A stretch of DNA of 64,000 nt from Squalus acanthias (taxonomy: Eukaryota). The position numbers and the translations under genes were made by a program. Numbering within the stretch: position 1 is the stretch's first letter; every line of letters starts with the position of its first letter. The DNA lies in contig CM059432.1 of assembly GCA_030390025.1 (NCBI GenBank), positions 22,074,001 to 22,138,000 of the forward strand. Direction: 5' to 3'. Below are positions 38,086 through 51,354 of the stretch, piece by piece. The notes under the pieces were generated by a model. The model ran no database searches. It was not told the DNA's origin and saw only the letters and a list, made by a program, of their open reading frames with translations.

Positions 38086-38513
38086 AATTGTAAGCACTAA
38101 AGTGTGTTTTACCTGTATAAAAGGAAGCATTACCAGCCTGGAGATATCTTATTCATCGTGAGGTCTGCCCGACAAACCATCTGGTTTGTAAACTTTTATG
38201 ACCCAAAATTGTTTTCAGCAAATTGGCTGCTATGAGAAACCAGCTGCCACGGTAGTAATATTTAAATGAGCTTTGCAAAGTGATGATTTATCTCCTCAAA
38301 CTAAATTTAATGTCTAACAGCCCATGGAGTGTAGTTTGGGCAGAGAATGAAAATAACCCATACCTTACCCTATCATGTAGCTTCTGAACAGAAAGATCTT
38401 CTTGTATATCATTGATACATCAGCAGGACATATAATCTAGGCTGACATTCCAGTACTGTACTAAAAGACTGTGCATTGTCAGAGATACCATACTTAAATG
38501 GAGTACTAACTGC

Positions 38514-38664
38514 CAATGTTCCCATTAATTTCTTTTTGGGTGCGCAGCCCATTCAAGATACAGCACATGTGTGTTTTTTCCCATTGAAAAGCCGGCAAGC
38601 CAGCTACATGGGAGGTTCAGAGAGTTGGGCGGCCACATGGCCGCACAGCTTAAAGGAAACGTTG
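38514..38664 (+). mobile_element. Short hAT-type MITE inserted in a degenerate DeuSINE
   Basis: Ends CAATGTTCCC...GGAAACGTTG; 8-bp TSD CTAACTGC/ATAACTGC; same family as 61191-61355. Confidence 0.75.
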
Positions 38665-40702
38665 ATAACTGCCTATTCTGGTGGTTTAGGTGGATGCTAA
38701 TGATCTCATGACACTATTTGAAGAAGGATGCTGCCCTGACCAATGTTCCTCCTTCGAAAACAACACCACCATAAAGAACTTAACTGGTGATTCAACTCAG
38801 TGCTGTTTGCGACATCTTGCCACGTACAAAATGGCTACCGTATTTGCCTACATAACAACTCTGTATGTGAAATGCTTTAAGCTGCTTCTGAGAGATGTGA
38901 TAAGAATCATATAAATACATGTCTTTGTTTCTTAATGGGTGTAAGAACACTTGAGTCTGACACCAAATATGATTGCAATGTAATCCATTTATTGTGTTCG
39001 ACCATGTCTTTGATACACACAATGTCTTCAAGCAGTAGACGTACAGAAAAATAAATGCAATTACCCCGTTTTTCTTCTGGGTAGAGACGTAACCTTCATT
39101 GATCCTTTCGATTTTGACTCACTCTACAAATTGGGAAGGAAAGCTCAAGATCTTTATAGGCCTCTAGTCACGCACACTGTCCTAGATGACTCATTATGTC
39201 CCGATAACAGTTATTGTGAACAAGACCCCCAGAAATGAGGTAGTTCCTACAAAACACCAGATACCAACTTGTTTACTGTCTACGATGCAACTAATCATCC
39301 TGATCTCATTGTCCTATTTCCTTATCTCAAGACTATTTTGGGTATCTCTTTTCACAATGTGGCAGCAAAAGGAAGCTAACAGTCATGAATTACACATCCT
39401 GCACTTTCAGCAGGAGCTAAACAGCACAGTCAGCTAAATTGTACCCTGACACATTAAACCCTAAAGCATCCTGGGAATGAACAACTTTAACCATCTCATT
39501 ACTTCTAGCTACACTACAAATCCACAAGCCATTTATAAGTAATAAGAAAGTAAAAACCTTAATCATATGCGATTAAATCAAATCCTACTCCTACCTATAT
39601 ATGCATATAAGAATAGGATAGCTTACACAAGGAGTTGTCCTGGACTCCCTCAAAAACAACCCACTCAAACCAGATTAACTGGTCATTCATCTCATTACTG
39701 TTTTTTTTCAAGAAAGTGGATGAGGGTGATTCTAATTCTAGTATCAGTAAGACAATTCATAATAAATAAAATAGAAAATATGATATATGCAGCATCACTT
39801 TTATCAGAGATAGGGTAAATTTTAATTTCGGGTGTACATAGGGCATCCGGTGGGAGGGAGCTCAACTCAGCCTGCTCTATGACGTGAGTAGGAGGCCCAA
39901 TCAATTATCACATTTTGAGGTCTGGCCTCATTAGAATTGAATAAGTGAGGTGTCATTGCTAATTGTGCTAATTATAGGCAGCTCCTCATTTGGGGCAGTG
40001 GGAAATCCAGGGAGGTAGAGACTGAAGTGGACATGCAGCAGTACCTTAAATGGGAGGGCAGAAAAGATCAGGTGGGTCAACAGAGCAGTAGATTGAAGTG
40101 GCAGGCAAATCTAAAGAATACATCAAGCAGTAAGGCGTTGAACACTCGGGGGTTCAATTTTCATTGCCTTCGCCTGATGTTAACGGGGCGGTAATGGCCT
40201 CAAAATGGGGTCGGTAGTTTTACCGCCCCATTAACACCGGCGATATGGCCAGCTCCATTTTGAAAGGGGCCTACCACTGGGTATTCAAAGTACCCATCTG
40301 CTTCAGGCCATAGACCCCTTTTAACATGGAGATCGGAGTCTATAACATAAATTGGACTCTCAGCAATCTCAGCACGCTCCACCGGTAGGTTGCCCAAACG
40401 TCAAAATCGACCCCAAAACCAGAAAGCAGCTGATAATCCCTTTAACTGTTGCTACAAATGGCACTATTTATCACCCTGGTACAACCCTCCCTAGTGCCTG
40501 TCTTAAGTGCACTCAAACTCCTTACAAGGTGAATGGCTTCAGTTTGGAATGTAGAAGGCTGCCTGGCCTCCAATGAAGGGGCTTGAGATGGTCAGGACCA
40601 GCGATCTAGAGGAGTTATGGCCTGAGAATGCCCGAGTGCAAACCATGGCTCCTCAGCTGTTGCTGGGGTAATCTAACCCATCTGTATTTGCAGCACCAGG
40701 AC

Positions 40703-41077
40703 TTTTAAAATCATTGTCAGGATGTGGGCATCGCTGGCAAGGCCAGCATTTAATGCCCATACAACTGAGTGGCTTGCTAAGCCACGTCAGAGAGTTAACT
40801 AGTTTGGTGTAAGACTGGAGTCACATATAGATAGGTTAGCCCGGGTAAGTACGGCAGGTTTCCTTCCCTAAAGACATCAGTTGGGGTTTTACGACAGATC
40901 AACTGCTTCATGGTCACTTTTAATGATGTAAGATTTCTTTTCCCAGATTTTTTTTTAAAAACTGAATTGAAATTCTCAAACTGCCATGGTGGGATTTGAA
41001 CTCATGCTTCCTGGAATTATCAGGACAGACCTCTGGATCATGAGACTAGTAATTTAAGCACTAACACCACCACACCC
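40703..41077 (-). mobile_element. tRNA-headed SINE (Meta/MESC-like core) with the LINE-family 3' tail
   Basis: Reverse complement of 62487-62850. Confidence 0.75.
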
Positions 41078-41989
41078 AAGTATGGATAGGGAAGCAGGCG
41101 TGCTTTCATCCTGAGAGATTGCTATTATATAATATAACAGAATCTAGAACGAGCTTTAGGTTTTGCCTCAAATACTTTACCAGCAATACCCGGCGCTAAT
41201 CATTCTTTGTATAAAGAAGTTCTTCCTGACTTCCAAACTTTCCTTTCATGAGTTTTAACCTGCGCCTCTTTGATCTTGTATCCTGGCAAAACTTAAAACT
41301 GGAACAACTCAATGTCACAGCACTCTCTGTCAGCCACAGAGGCCATTTGTCATGCAAAAACATATCACAATTTTAAAAAACAGTTTATTGGAGGGGAAGG
41401 CTGTGCTCATCAAAATGAAGAATATTGCTCCTGAGGAATGGAATGCTTTTCATTTTTGACACCTGGTGTCAACATCAATGAGCCTCAGGTCAGGTTAGGG
41501 GCCGAGTAAAACTCCCTCAACTCTTGTCGCAATGAATTGTCTGAGCCCCAGCTTCAGGACAACTTCCCCGACTACACCAGCGCAACAATTTTCCAACTCC
41601 CACACTAACCATTCTGTGACCTCATTAAACGAGCTTGTTAATTAGCACTGAATTAGGGGACAGCTTTATACGGTACACTTGAGCCCACTCGGAACTGCAA
41701 TGCATGGCTTTTTACATCTTTTATTTTAAACTAGTATCTCATTTTCTAACAGAATTATGCAACGCCATAAAACTGGGATAGTCTTTTTTCAGCCGTGAAT
41801 TCTGTAATTAAAGGTTTTATCACCTTGAGGGATCTCGGCACTAAAGAAAACCATATAAAATAATTAAATATGTTATACATGAAAATGAGGACATGTAAAC
41901 TGAATGTTGCAATGTTTGTGTAATGGAATATTTAATGCTCAACTACCTGTTTATCCGGTATATTTAATTTAATAGCCAAATAGCTTGGT

Positions 41990-42412
41990 CTCAGGTTGCA
42001 GGCATTACTGGCAAGGTTGGCATTTATTGCCCATCCCTACTTGCTCTGAGAAGGCGGCGGTGGGCTTCTTTTTGAACTGATGCAGTGTAACAGTTTGCTA
42101 CAACTGAGTGGCTTGCCAGGCCACTTCAGAGCGTGGTTAAGAGTCAACCACGTTCGTGTGAGACTGAAATCAAATATAGGCCCGACCAGGTTAAAAACAA
42201 TAGGTTTCCTTGCCTAAAGGACATTAGTGAATCAGTTGGAGTTTTACGACACACTAACAGCTTCATGGTCACTTTTACTGATACCAGCTTTTTATTCCAG
42301 ATTTTGTTCAAGTTGAATTCAAATTCTCAAATTCTCAAGCTGCCACGGTGGGATTTGACCTCACATTCTTTGGACTATTACTACAGGCCTCAGGATCACT
42401 AGTCTAGAAACA
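41990..42412 (-). mobile_element. tRNA-headed SINE of the same family with a longer LINE-derived tail
   Basis: Reverse complement matches 42480-42719 and the LINE 3' end 45175-45270. Confidence 0.75.
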
Positions 42413-42435
42413 TAACAACAGCAACTTGTAATTAA

Positions 42436-45292
42436 GGGAACGGTAGCATTGTGGTAATGTTGCTGGGCTAGTAATCCTGAGGCCTGGACTATTGATCCAG
42501 AGATATAAGTTCAAATCCCACCATGGCAATTTAAATTAAATAAATTTGGAATAAAAAGCTAATATCAGTAATGGTAACCATGAAACCATCCGATTGTTGT
42601 AGAAACCCATCTGATTCCTTTAGGGAAGGAAATCTGCTGTCCTTACCTGGTCTGGCCAATATGGTCCAGACCCACAGCAATATAGTTGACTATTAACAGC
42701 CCTCTGAAGTGGCCTAGCTGGCAGGACAGATCCACCAGGGGTGGTGGCACAGTGGTATACAGTCGGGAGGGAGTGGCCCTGGGAGTTCTCAACATTGGCT
42801 CCAGACCCCCTGAAGTCTCATGGCTTCAGGTCAAGCATGGGCAAGGAAAATTCCTGCTGCTTACCACCTACTGCCCTCCCTCAGCTGATGAATCAATACT
42901 CCTCCATGTTGAATACCACTTGGAAGAAGCACTGAGGGTAGCAAGGGTGCAAAATGTACTCTGGGTGGGGGATTTCAATGTCCATCACCAAGAGTGGCTT
43001 GGTAGTACCACTGCTGACTGAGCTGGCCAAGTCATGAAGGACATAGCTGCCAGTCTGGGCCTGTGACAGATGAGAGAACCAACACGAGGGGAAAAACCTA
43101 CTTGACCTCGTCTCACAATCTACCTGTCGCAGATGCATCTGTCCATGACAGTGTTAGTAGCAGTGACCACTGCACAGTCATTGTGGAGACAAAGTCCCAT
43201 CTTCACACTGAGGACACCCTCCATCGTGTTGTGGGTGCTAAATGGGATAGATTCAAAACTAGGCATCCATGAGGTGCTGTGGAGCAGCAGCAGAATTGTA
43301 TTCCACCACAATCTGTAACCTGGCATATCCCTCGCTCTACCATTACCATCAACCCTGGTTCAATAAGGAGTGTAGAGGAGCAGCACCAGGTGTGGGGAAG
43401 CTGCAACACAGGACTGCATGCATGCTAAAAGCGGAAGTGGCATGCTATAGATAAGGCTAATAGATCAGACCAAAGCTCTCCAGTCGTGAATGGTGGTGGA
43501 CCATTAAACAACTAACAGGAGGAGGAAACTTCATGAATATCCCCATCCTCAATGATGATGGAGCCTAGCACGTGAGTGCAAAAGACAAGGCTGAAGTGTT
43601 TGCAACCATCTTCAGCCAGAAGTGCCGAGTGGATCATCCATATCGGCCTCCTCCTGAGGTCCCCACCATCACAGAAGCCAGTCTTCAGTCAATTTGATTT
43701 ACTCCACATGATATCAAGAAACGGCTGAGCGCACTGGATACAGCAAAGGCTCTGGGCCCTGACAACATCCCGGTTGTCGTGCTGAAGACTTGTGCTCCAG
43801 AACCAGCTGTGCCTCGGGCCAAGTTGTTCCAGTACAGTTATAACACTGGCATCTATTCGACAATGTGGAAAACCGCCCAGGTATGTCCTGTCCACAAAAA
43901 TCAGGACAAATCCAATCCGGCCAATTACTGCCCCATCAGTCTATTCTCATTCATCAGCAAAGTGATGGAAGGTGTCATCAACAGTGCTATCAAGCGGCAC
44001 TTACTCAGCAATAACCTGCTCACTGATGCCCAGTTTAGGTTACGCCAAGACCACTCGGCTCCCGACCTCATTATAGCCTTGGTCCAAACCTGGACAAAGA
44101 AGCTGAATTCCAGAGGTGAGGTGAGAGTGACTGCTCTTGACATCAAGGCAGCATTTGACCGAGTGTGGCATCAAAGAGCCCTAGTAAAACCGAAGTCAAT
44201 GGGGGGGAAAACTCTCCACTGGCTGGAGTCATACCTAGCACAAAGGAAGATGGTTGTGGTTGTTGGAGGTCAATCATCACAGCCTCAGGGCATCGCTGCA
44301 GGAGTTCCTCAGGGCAGTGTCCTAGGCCCAACCATCTTCAGCTGTTTCATCAAAGACCTTCCCTCCAACATAAGGTCAGAAATGGGGATGTTTGCTGATG
44401 ACTGTTCAGTGCAATTCACAACTCCTCAGATAATGAAGCAATCCATGCTCGCATGAAACAAGACCTGGACGACGTTCAGGCTTGGGCTGGTAAGTGGCAG
44501 GTAACATTCGCGACACAGAAGTGCCAGGCAATGACTATCTCCAACAAGCGACAGTCTAACCACTGCCGCTTGACATTCAACAGCATTACCATCGCTGAAT
44601 CCCCCACCATCAACATCCTGGGGGTCACCATTGACCAGAAACTTAACTGGACCAGCCACATAAATATTGTGGCAACAAGAGCAGGTCAGAGGCCAGGTAT
44701 TCTGTGGCGAGTGTCTCACCTCCTGACTCTCCAAAGACTTTCCTCTATCTACAAGGCACAAGTAAGGGGTGTGATGAAATATTCTCCACTTGCCTGGATG
44801 AGTGCAGCTCCAACAACACTTAAGAAGCATGACACCATCCAGGACAAAGCAACCCGCTTGATTGGCACCCCATCCACCACCTTAAACATTCACTCCCTCC
44901 ACCACCGGCGTACCGTGGCTGCTGTGTTTACCATCTACAAGATGCACTGCAGCAACACGCCAAGGCTTCTTCGGCAGCACCTCCCAAACCCGCGACCTCT
45001 TCCACCTAGAAGGACAAGGGCAGCAGGCGCATGGGAACACCACCACCTCCAAGTTTCCCTCCAAGTCACACACCATCCTGACTTGGAAATATATCGCCGT
45101 TCCTTCATCGTCGCTGGGTCAAAATCTTGGAACTCCCTCCCTAACAGCACTGTGGGAGTACCTTCACCACATGGACTGCAGAGGTTCAAGAAGGCAGCTC
45201 GCCACCACCTTCTCAAGGGCAATTAGGGATGGGCAATAAATGCTGGCTTTGCCAGTGATGTCCACATCTTATGAACGAATAAAAATAAAAAA
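42436..45292 (+). mobile_element. Chimeric retroelement: tRNA/Pol III SINE head (42436-42719) fused to a decayed APE-RT ORF of a CR1-superfamily LINE (42720-45226) and 3' UTR
   Basis: A box TAGCATTGTGG (42444), B box GTTCAAATCC (42509). APE: DRSTRGGGTVVY, WVGDFNVHH, SSDH. RT: ALDIKAAFDRVWH, VPQGSVLGP, FADD. The unit interrupts an L2 tail. Confidence 0.88.
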
Positions 45293-45780
45293 TATAGTGC
45301 GTTCAATGTAATAAAACGTCCCAAGGCGCTTCACAGGAGCATTATCAAAGAAAATGTGACACTGAGCCACATAAGGAGATATTGGAACAGGTGATCAAAA
45401 GCTTGGTCAAAGAGGTAGGTTTTAAGGAGCGTCTTTAAGGAGGAAAGAGAGTTAGAGAGGCGGGGAGGTTTAGGGAGGGATTTCCAGATCTTAGGGCCTA
45501 GGCAGCTGATAGTTCGGCCACAAATAGAGGAGCAATCACAATCGGGGATTATCAAGAGGCCAGAAGTGGAGGAGCATAGAGATCTTGGAGGGTTGTAGGG
45601 CTGGAGGAGGTTACAGATATAGGGAGGGGCGAGGCCATGAAGGGATTTCAAAACAAGGATGAGAATTTTAAAATCGAGGCGTTGCTTAACTGGGAGCCAA
45701 AGTAGGTCAACGAGCACAAGGGTGATAATCGAACGGGGCTTGGTGTGAGTTTGGATACGGGCAGCAGAGTTTTAGATAAA
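45293..45780 (-). mobile_element. L2 LINE 3' fragment (its last ~20 bp lie at 42414-42434)
   Basis: Peptide [28 protein letters not shown]...LKTLLKTYLF; homologous to 63115-63620. Confidence 0.88.
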
Positions 45781-47337
45781 TTTATGCATAAAACATATTC
45801 ACGTACCATTTGGCTGCACGTTCCCCAGACGACGTGTAAAATATAAGCAATGTAGGCAACATTAATATTGAACATAACTCTGCTTGCACAGATCAGTGAA
45901 ACTACTGTATTTCTGGGGAAACCCCTCTTTTCCAAATCACTGGAGAAATCTCTTTGCGATATTGTGGCCGCTCCTGGACTAGCTGAGGGTCTCTGCGGTA
46001 AGATACGCAGCCTTGCACTGCGGGTGTGTAGTTACCAATAATGCCTGGTGAAATTGTGGAAGCCACGACCTGTTTGGCTCGGACAATCTGATGCTTTAAA
46101 ATGGGTTGTCTATGTGTTTTGCAAAATGTAAAAGTGGCGTCAATTAAACAAAATGGTTTCCAATTAATTTTCATCAGCACCAACGCAAACCTCAGAACTC
46201 AAGCCATGATCGTGTCATCTGTTCTGTTCTTGCGCTGATTATTTTGAAGATATCACGATCGGATTCAGCTCCATCTCCACTCTCAGGAAGTTATGCCAAC
46301 GCCTCTTTTGTCCTTCTGATTGCACATTTGTCTCTTAGTCTAAATTGGCAGCAATTTTAGTCACAAACTCATGCATGATATATTTAACCTTTAAAAGTTT
46401 GCCACAATTTGCTATAACTGGCAACAGATGGTGACAGGCATTTTTCTCCTTACTGACTGAGACGATTATTGTGAATTTCAATGTGTTCATTAATTTTTTT
46501 TTTCTTTTTACAGCTGATAATTTCTTTTAGAATTGCTGTCTAAAACAGATGTCACTCTAACCCGCTCATGATTTATTAACATCCTCCCCACTCCGTACAT
46601 AGTCATTAGAATGAGGGAAACTTACTGCAATAAGAAATAAATACATTTATTCAGGAATTATTGTGCTGAGAACATCAGAATTTGCTCAAACATATACCTG
46701 CACGTGAATTCCTTTGGCACCCTGGCCCCGACAGAAGGAAACTGTGAGCTAGCTTAAGCCTTGCCCAAACTGCACACTGCTGCAGCTACCCCTACCGCTT
46801 CTTTGGAATTAACAGCATCATACCAGGCAATACAACTGTACAGAGCCCAGCGGTGCATAAAGCATGACCTGACACAGCAGAATGGTTTCGCTCGAGAGCT
46901 GGCTGAGATCCTTGCTGTGGCAAGGGTGCTTTATAATTGCTTGATACCAATTGATTGCATTACTCTGAAGGAAACCAAAAAAAAACTCAATGAAGCATGC
47001 TGAAGCTCGTTGAGAACTGTCTTTGTAAGTGAGGCCTTTGTACTAATAAAAACTGACTTTTACTGTAGTTCTGGTGTCTGGGTATTAGTGCCAGGCTAGT
47101 TGGCTTAAAAAGCGATGTCAGCTTTTCCAATTCACAGAGCGCTTTGCGTGAAGAATGAATTTGTGCCACAGATGCTGCAGTGCTCTCTATTTAGAATGAG
47201 AGTATGAACTCTTTGCCTGCAGAATACGTTTGCTTTTTCCAAGGGGCAATATTGGCAGCATGTTTTGGCTTGCAAGCCACAAATTCCTCTCTCACACAAA
47301 ATTACTGTTACGCCTGTTCAATCACATCCAAGACAAG

Positions 47338-48098
47338 GGCCCGTAATTTCCGATAGGAGGCTTCCTGCGTGCTGATGCCTCCTATCGGAAAAAAATCTAC
47401 GAATTTACCTGAGGGCTCCCGAGTTCCGGACACTTCTGATCCTGGGCCTCTCCAAAGTCGAAATGCGCAGGGCCCACGTATCCCAGAGGCGCATGCAGTT
47501 CGCAAGCGTCCGCAAGCGTCCCTGGGATCACGTGGGCCATGGGGAGCCAATAGAATGGGGTATCTCCCTTCATACTTTTGACAGATAGACCTGTCATATA
47601 TATGAATGGAGAGCACCACAAAAACACTCTAAAACATTAAATACATTTTAAAAAACCATCATGTTTTAAAAATTAGTTAAAATTACATTAAATTAAATAT
47701 TTTAAACAAAAATGTAATTTTTTGAAAAAAATAATTAAATTTTTTTACGGGGCTAAAAATAAACTTACCTTTTTTAAAAGTATTTTTAAATTATAAATGA
47801 GTGAAAAAAAGTTATTTTTAAAAACTTTTTTTGACTCTTATGCTGGTAAAAGTAGGTCTTACGCCTGCTTTTACCAGGCGTAAGATTTCTAAGGGTTTTC
47901 AGCGGGCGGAGGTTCTGCAGAAAGCGGAACTCTCCCCCCGCAGAGGCCCTTCTCCAGGGCAGGTGTCCGATCTGTCAAGAGCATTCTTCACAGATCGGAA
48001 ATGCCGGTTTTCAGTGCATGCGCTTGGCATGCCTGAAACCGGCATTTCCGATGTCCCGACAGGTGTGTACACAGCGTAGGCATCGGAAAATACGGGCC
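47338..48098 (+). mobile_element. Harbinger-type MITE, sister of 24357-25099
   Basis: 17-bp TIR GGCCCGTAATTTCCGAT / ATCGGAAAATACGGGCC; collinear with 24357-25099; TSD not conserved. Confidence 0.85.
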
Positions 48099-50760
48099 AT
48101 TAAGTTTGGAAGCCAATTTTGTCCCCTCCTCTCCTAAACGTGCTGACTCTTGCTGGGGTGCAGATCCATGGGTGCCAGCAGCCCTCCAAAAGGCTATTCT
48201 TCATGTGTGAGCCTTAACAATGAGCGCCAGTAGGCTTTTCAACTGTGGAATGCATAATGGCTGAACTTGTCATTACCTAACATCCATACGAGCACACTTT
48301 CCAGCTGGGGTTACGGGATAGTGATCAGGAGAAGAAACCCTGCCTAGTTTCTTTCCCCGCAAGGGTGCTGAGACCAATTGTAGCAGCCCTGGATTTTGCC
48401 TCAGCTGTGCTTGAGTAACTCAGGATGTGAGGATAAGCAAGGGTCCTTTCAGTAATGATCATTTTAATAAAAAATAAAAACAGCACAAATGTATTCCATT
48501 TTTTTTACTATGGCATTCGGATGCATCTAGTCCTGTGATGGGAGCACTTTTAAAACACTCCCTCTCACACTCTAATATGCAGCATAGTATGAAACAAATG
48601 TAACCATGTGTAACTTCTGTAATAACATTTTTAAGAATTGCTCCTAAATGCTAAGGAAGAGACATTATACAAACAAAATGGCCTCTAGTTGGGTGAACAC
48701 ATTGAAAACATGGAATAGAAGCTTCTGATTGGTTAGCAGCAGTGATTTTATATAAAAAAGAAATAACTTGCTTTTGTACAGCACATTGTCATGTCCTCAG
48801 GGCATTCTAAATTTACTTCAAATTAATTATCTTTGAGGTGCAGTCACTGTTCTTTTGCACACAAAGGCCAATTAATGCATAGCAAGGGCCTACAAATAGC
48901 AAATGAATAAATGGCCAGTTAAGCTTTTTATTTATAGTGTTGATTGTAGAGGAAATGTTGACCAGGACACTGGGAGAACTCATTTGCTCTTCTTTGGGCC
49001 ATGGGATCAGTGAAGAGATTGCTGGCTAGAAAATTTTGGTGGAGAAAGGTATAGCTGGGTGAATAGTATTGCAGAACACCTTGGCCTAGGAATTTGATGG
49101 CCCAGTGCCTGTTATTCAAGTGCAAAACAGGTGCCTAAGCATCCAATATGGCGGGCGGGGAGAGCACGCTCATTACGCAGATGTGCGCTACCCTCCATAT
49201 TGGTAAGGCAGTAAAAAAGGCATCCAAAGCTGGAGCCTGAAACAAGCATTAGGCTCTTGGAATATAGGGGCCGGTTTGAGACCCTCTGTAAAATTAGACT
49301 GCCCTGAATGCAGCTAGTGCCAGACTGGCTGTATTCAGGCAAACATCATCTACATGCGTTCGAACCAGCGGTTTTTCAAGGGACCGCTGGAGGCCACCAC
49401 CAAGAAGGTACATTTAAAAAAGAAATACTTACCTAAATGTTACTGGCCCCTGCTCACCCTCCTCCCTCTCAATCGTTGCCTACTTCCCCCTCCCGATTGT
49501 TGCCCCACTTCCTCTCCTGATCGCTGGCCCCTACCTCTCCTGATCGCTGCCCACTTCCCTCTCTTGATTGCTGCCACTCTCCCTCTCCTAATCATTGCCC
49601 CCTCCTCCCCACAGTTACTTTCTCCCCCCCTCTTCCAATTGCTGCCCCCTTTACCTGAAGGCCGCTGCTGCCAATGCAGTGGCTCGAAATTCGTATCTTC
49701 TTCGCTGGTGAGCTGCGTGGGGACGCCTGGCAGGTGTTTGCAGCTTGCCGGTCCGAGCTCAATTTTTAGGCTCTCCTTTTCCAGTTGGGAAATGCTTCTG
49801 CAGGATGTTCAGCAAAGAAGGGTTGCCCCCTTTGGGTGTGTTAGGCACCTTCCCCAAGGAAAATTGTGCACTCTACTTGAGCAGTTACAACTGACACTCT
49901 TCACCACTCATGTCTTCAAAGAGCTTAATACATAAAATAAGTTATAGCACAACCTATCTGAATTAAGATTATTTTGTGAGGTGATGAGGCACATTATTCC
50001 ACTCTTTCAAATAATCTGATTAAATTCTTGAAAGTATGCCGTTCCACCACTACTCAGCCCATCAACTCCCTAGTGGAATACATGATTTAGTCCATACAAT
50101 AGATAATGAACTGCAAGCATGAGTTGAACTTGCTTTATTTATGCACAGCCAGCTGAAAGTGCTATCACTGGATACAGTCCATCAAAACCTAGATCTTGTT
50201 GGCACCGTTACTGTACCCATAGATCCTCATGGAATTAGCAAGCAATGAAGCATTCACTGTTTCACAACTTTCTTTGAAGTTCTGCACATAACCATTCCAA
50301 CCTAAACCTGTGAGTTTACACAGGTAGGTATGACCTTAAAGCTCCTCTAAGGTACCCGCCAACATTTTAATCTCTTGCACCTCGTGTTGAGTGCCTCTGA
50401 TTTGATCATTTGCTTGGTGAGCTCTAGCTGAGTCACTGACTAACTGTTCAGCACTTTTAATTTCCTAAAATTAGCTTAATTCTAGATTCTGGTGATGAGA
50501 TCAGGTCAAACTTTACTAATCTATCTCCTGATTGACACTCTGCAGTCAATCAGAGGGAGTTTCTGAGAAAATGGTCCTCACTCCAAAAATGACTGGAGGT
50601 TAAGTGAAGATAGGTAAGTTTAGTAGCTGAGAAATAATAGAAAACAAAGAATAAAAAAGTAGAGAATATAGAAAAAAAGAGAATCAGGAAGGAACAGAGA
50701 CAGAACTGAAGTAATAAAGGCACCTTGGTTTGGGTGGAATAGAAGAGGCTTTATTCTAAT

Positions 50761-50889
50761 ACAAAAGCAAAATACTGCGGATGCTGGAAATCAGAAATAA
50801 AAGGGTTCTCTGACGGAAGGTCATCGACCTGAAACGTTAACTCTGTTTTTCTCTCTCCACAGATGCTGCCTGACCTGCTGAGTGTTTCC
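50761..50889. mobile_element. Penelope-like inverted mini-insert with the most complete hammerhead motif in the window
   Basis: 15-bp TSD AGGCTTTATTCTAAT (50746-50760, 50890-50904); CTGACGG-A-AGGTC-ATC-GACCT-GAAA-CGTT-AACTCTG at 50810-50845. Confidence 0.8.
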
Positions 50890-51354
50890 AGGCTTTATTC
50901 TAATGCTCTCTGGTCTGTTTTATCCCTGATCTAGGAATGCTTGTTACTAACACTGCATGCCCAGTGTGGAAGAATGTTTCATTTCTTAGCATTATCACCC
51001 TTCACCTTGACCACCACAAAAACACCTAGAAATCTGAAGATAGAAAATTGTCACTATAGACTAAAGTCTCATCTTTTGTACTATTGGGAGCCTCCAATAT
51101 ATTATATTTATAACTCAATGGCGTCATGCTGCCTTAATAAAATGAAATCCCCTCATAAGGCTCTTTATAGGCTTTATCTCTGTACAATGTAACATTAGAC
51201 TTGCAATCTCCTAATTGCTCAGGTATGCAAAATAAGAAAGTACTGGGTTCAGTCCCTGTTAATTTACCTGATCTCAGATGGTAGAGGTGCCCCAATTGGC
51301 CTTAGCGACTCTGCATTAGGGAGGAGGAAAAATAACCCTGTTTGCCATCTAATA

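Noticed and set aside
49354..49935. 193-aa Pro/Leu-rich ORF
   Set aside because: It arises from a degenerate CT-rich tandem repeat (CCTGATCGCTGCCC-like units) inside a probable MITE and has no recognisable domain.
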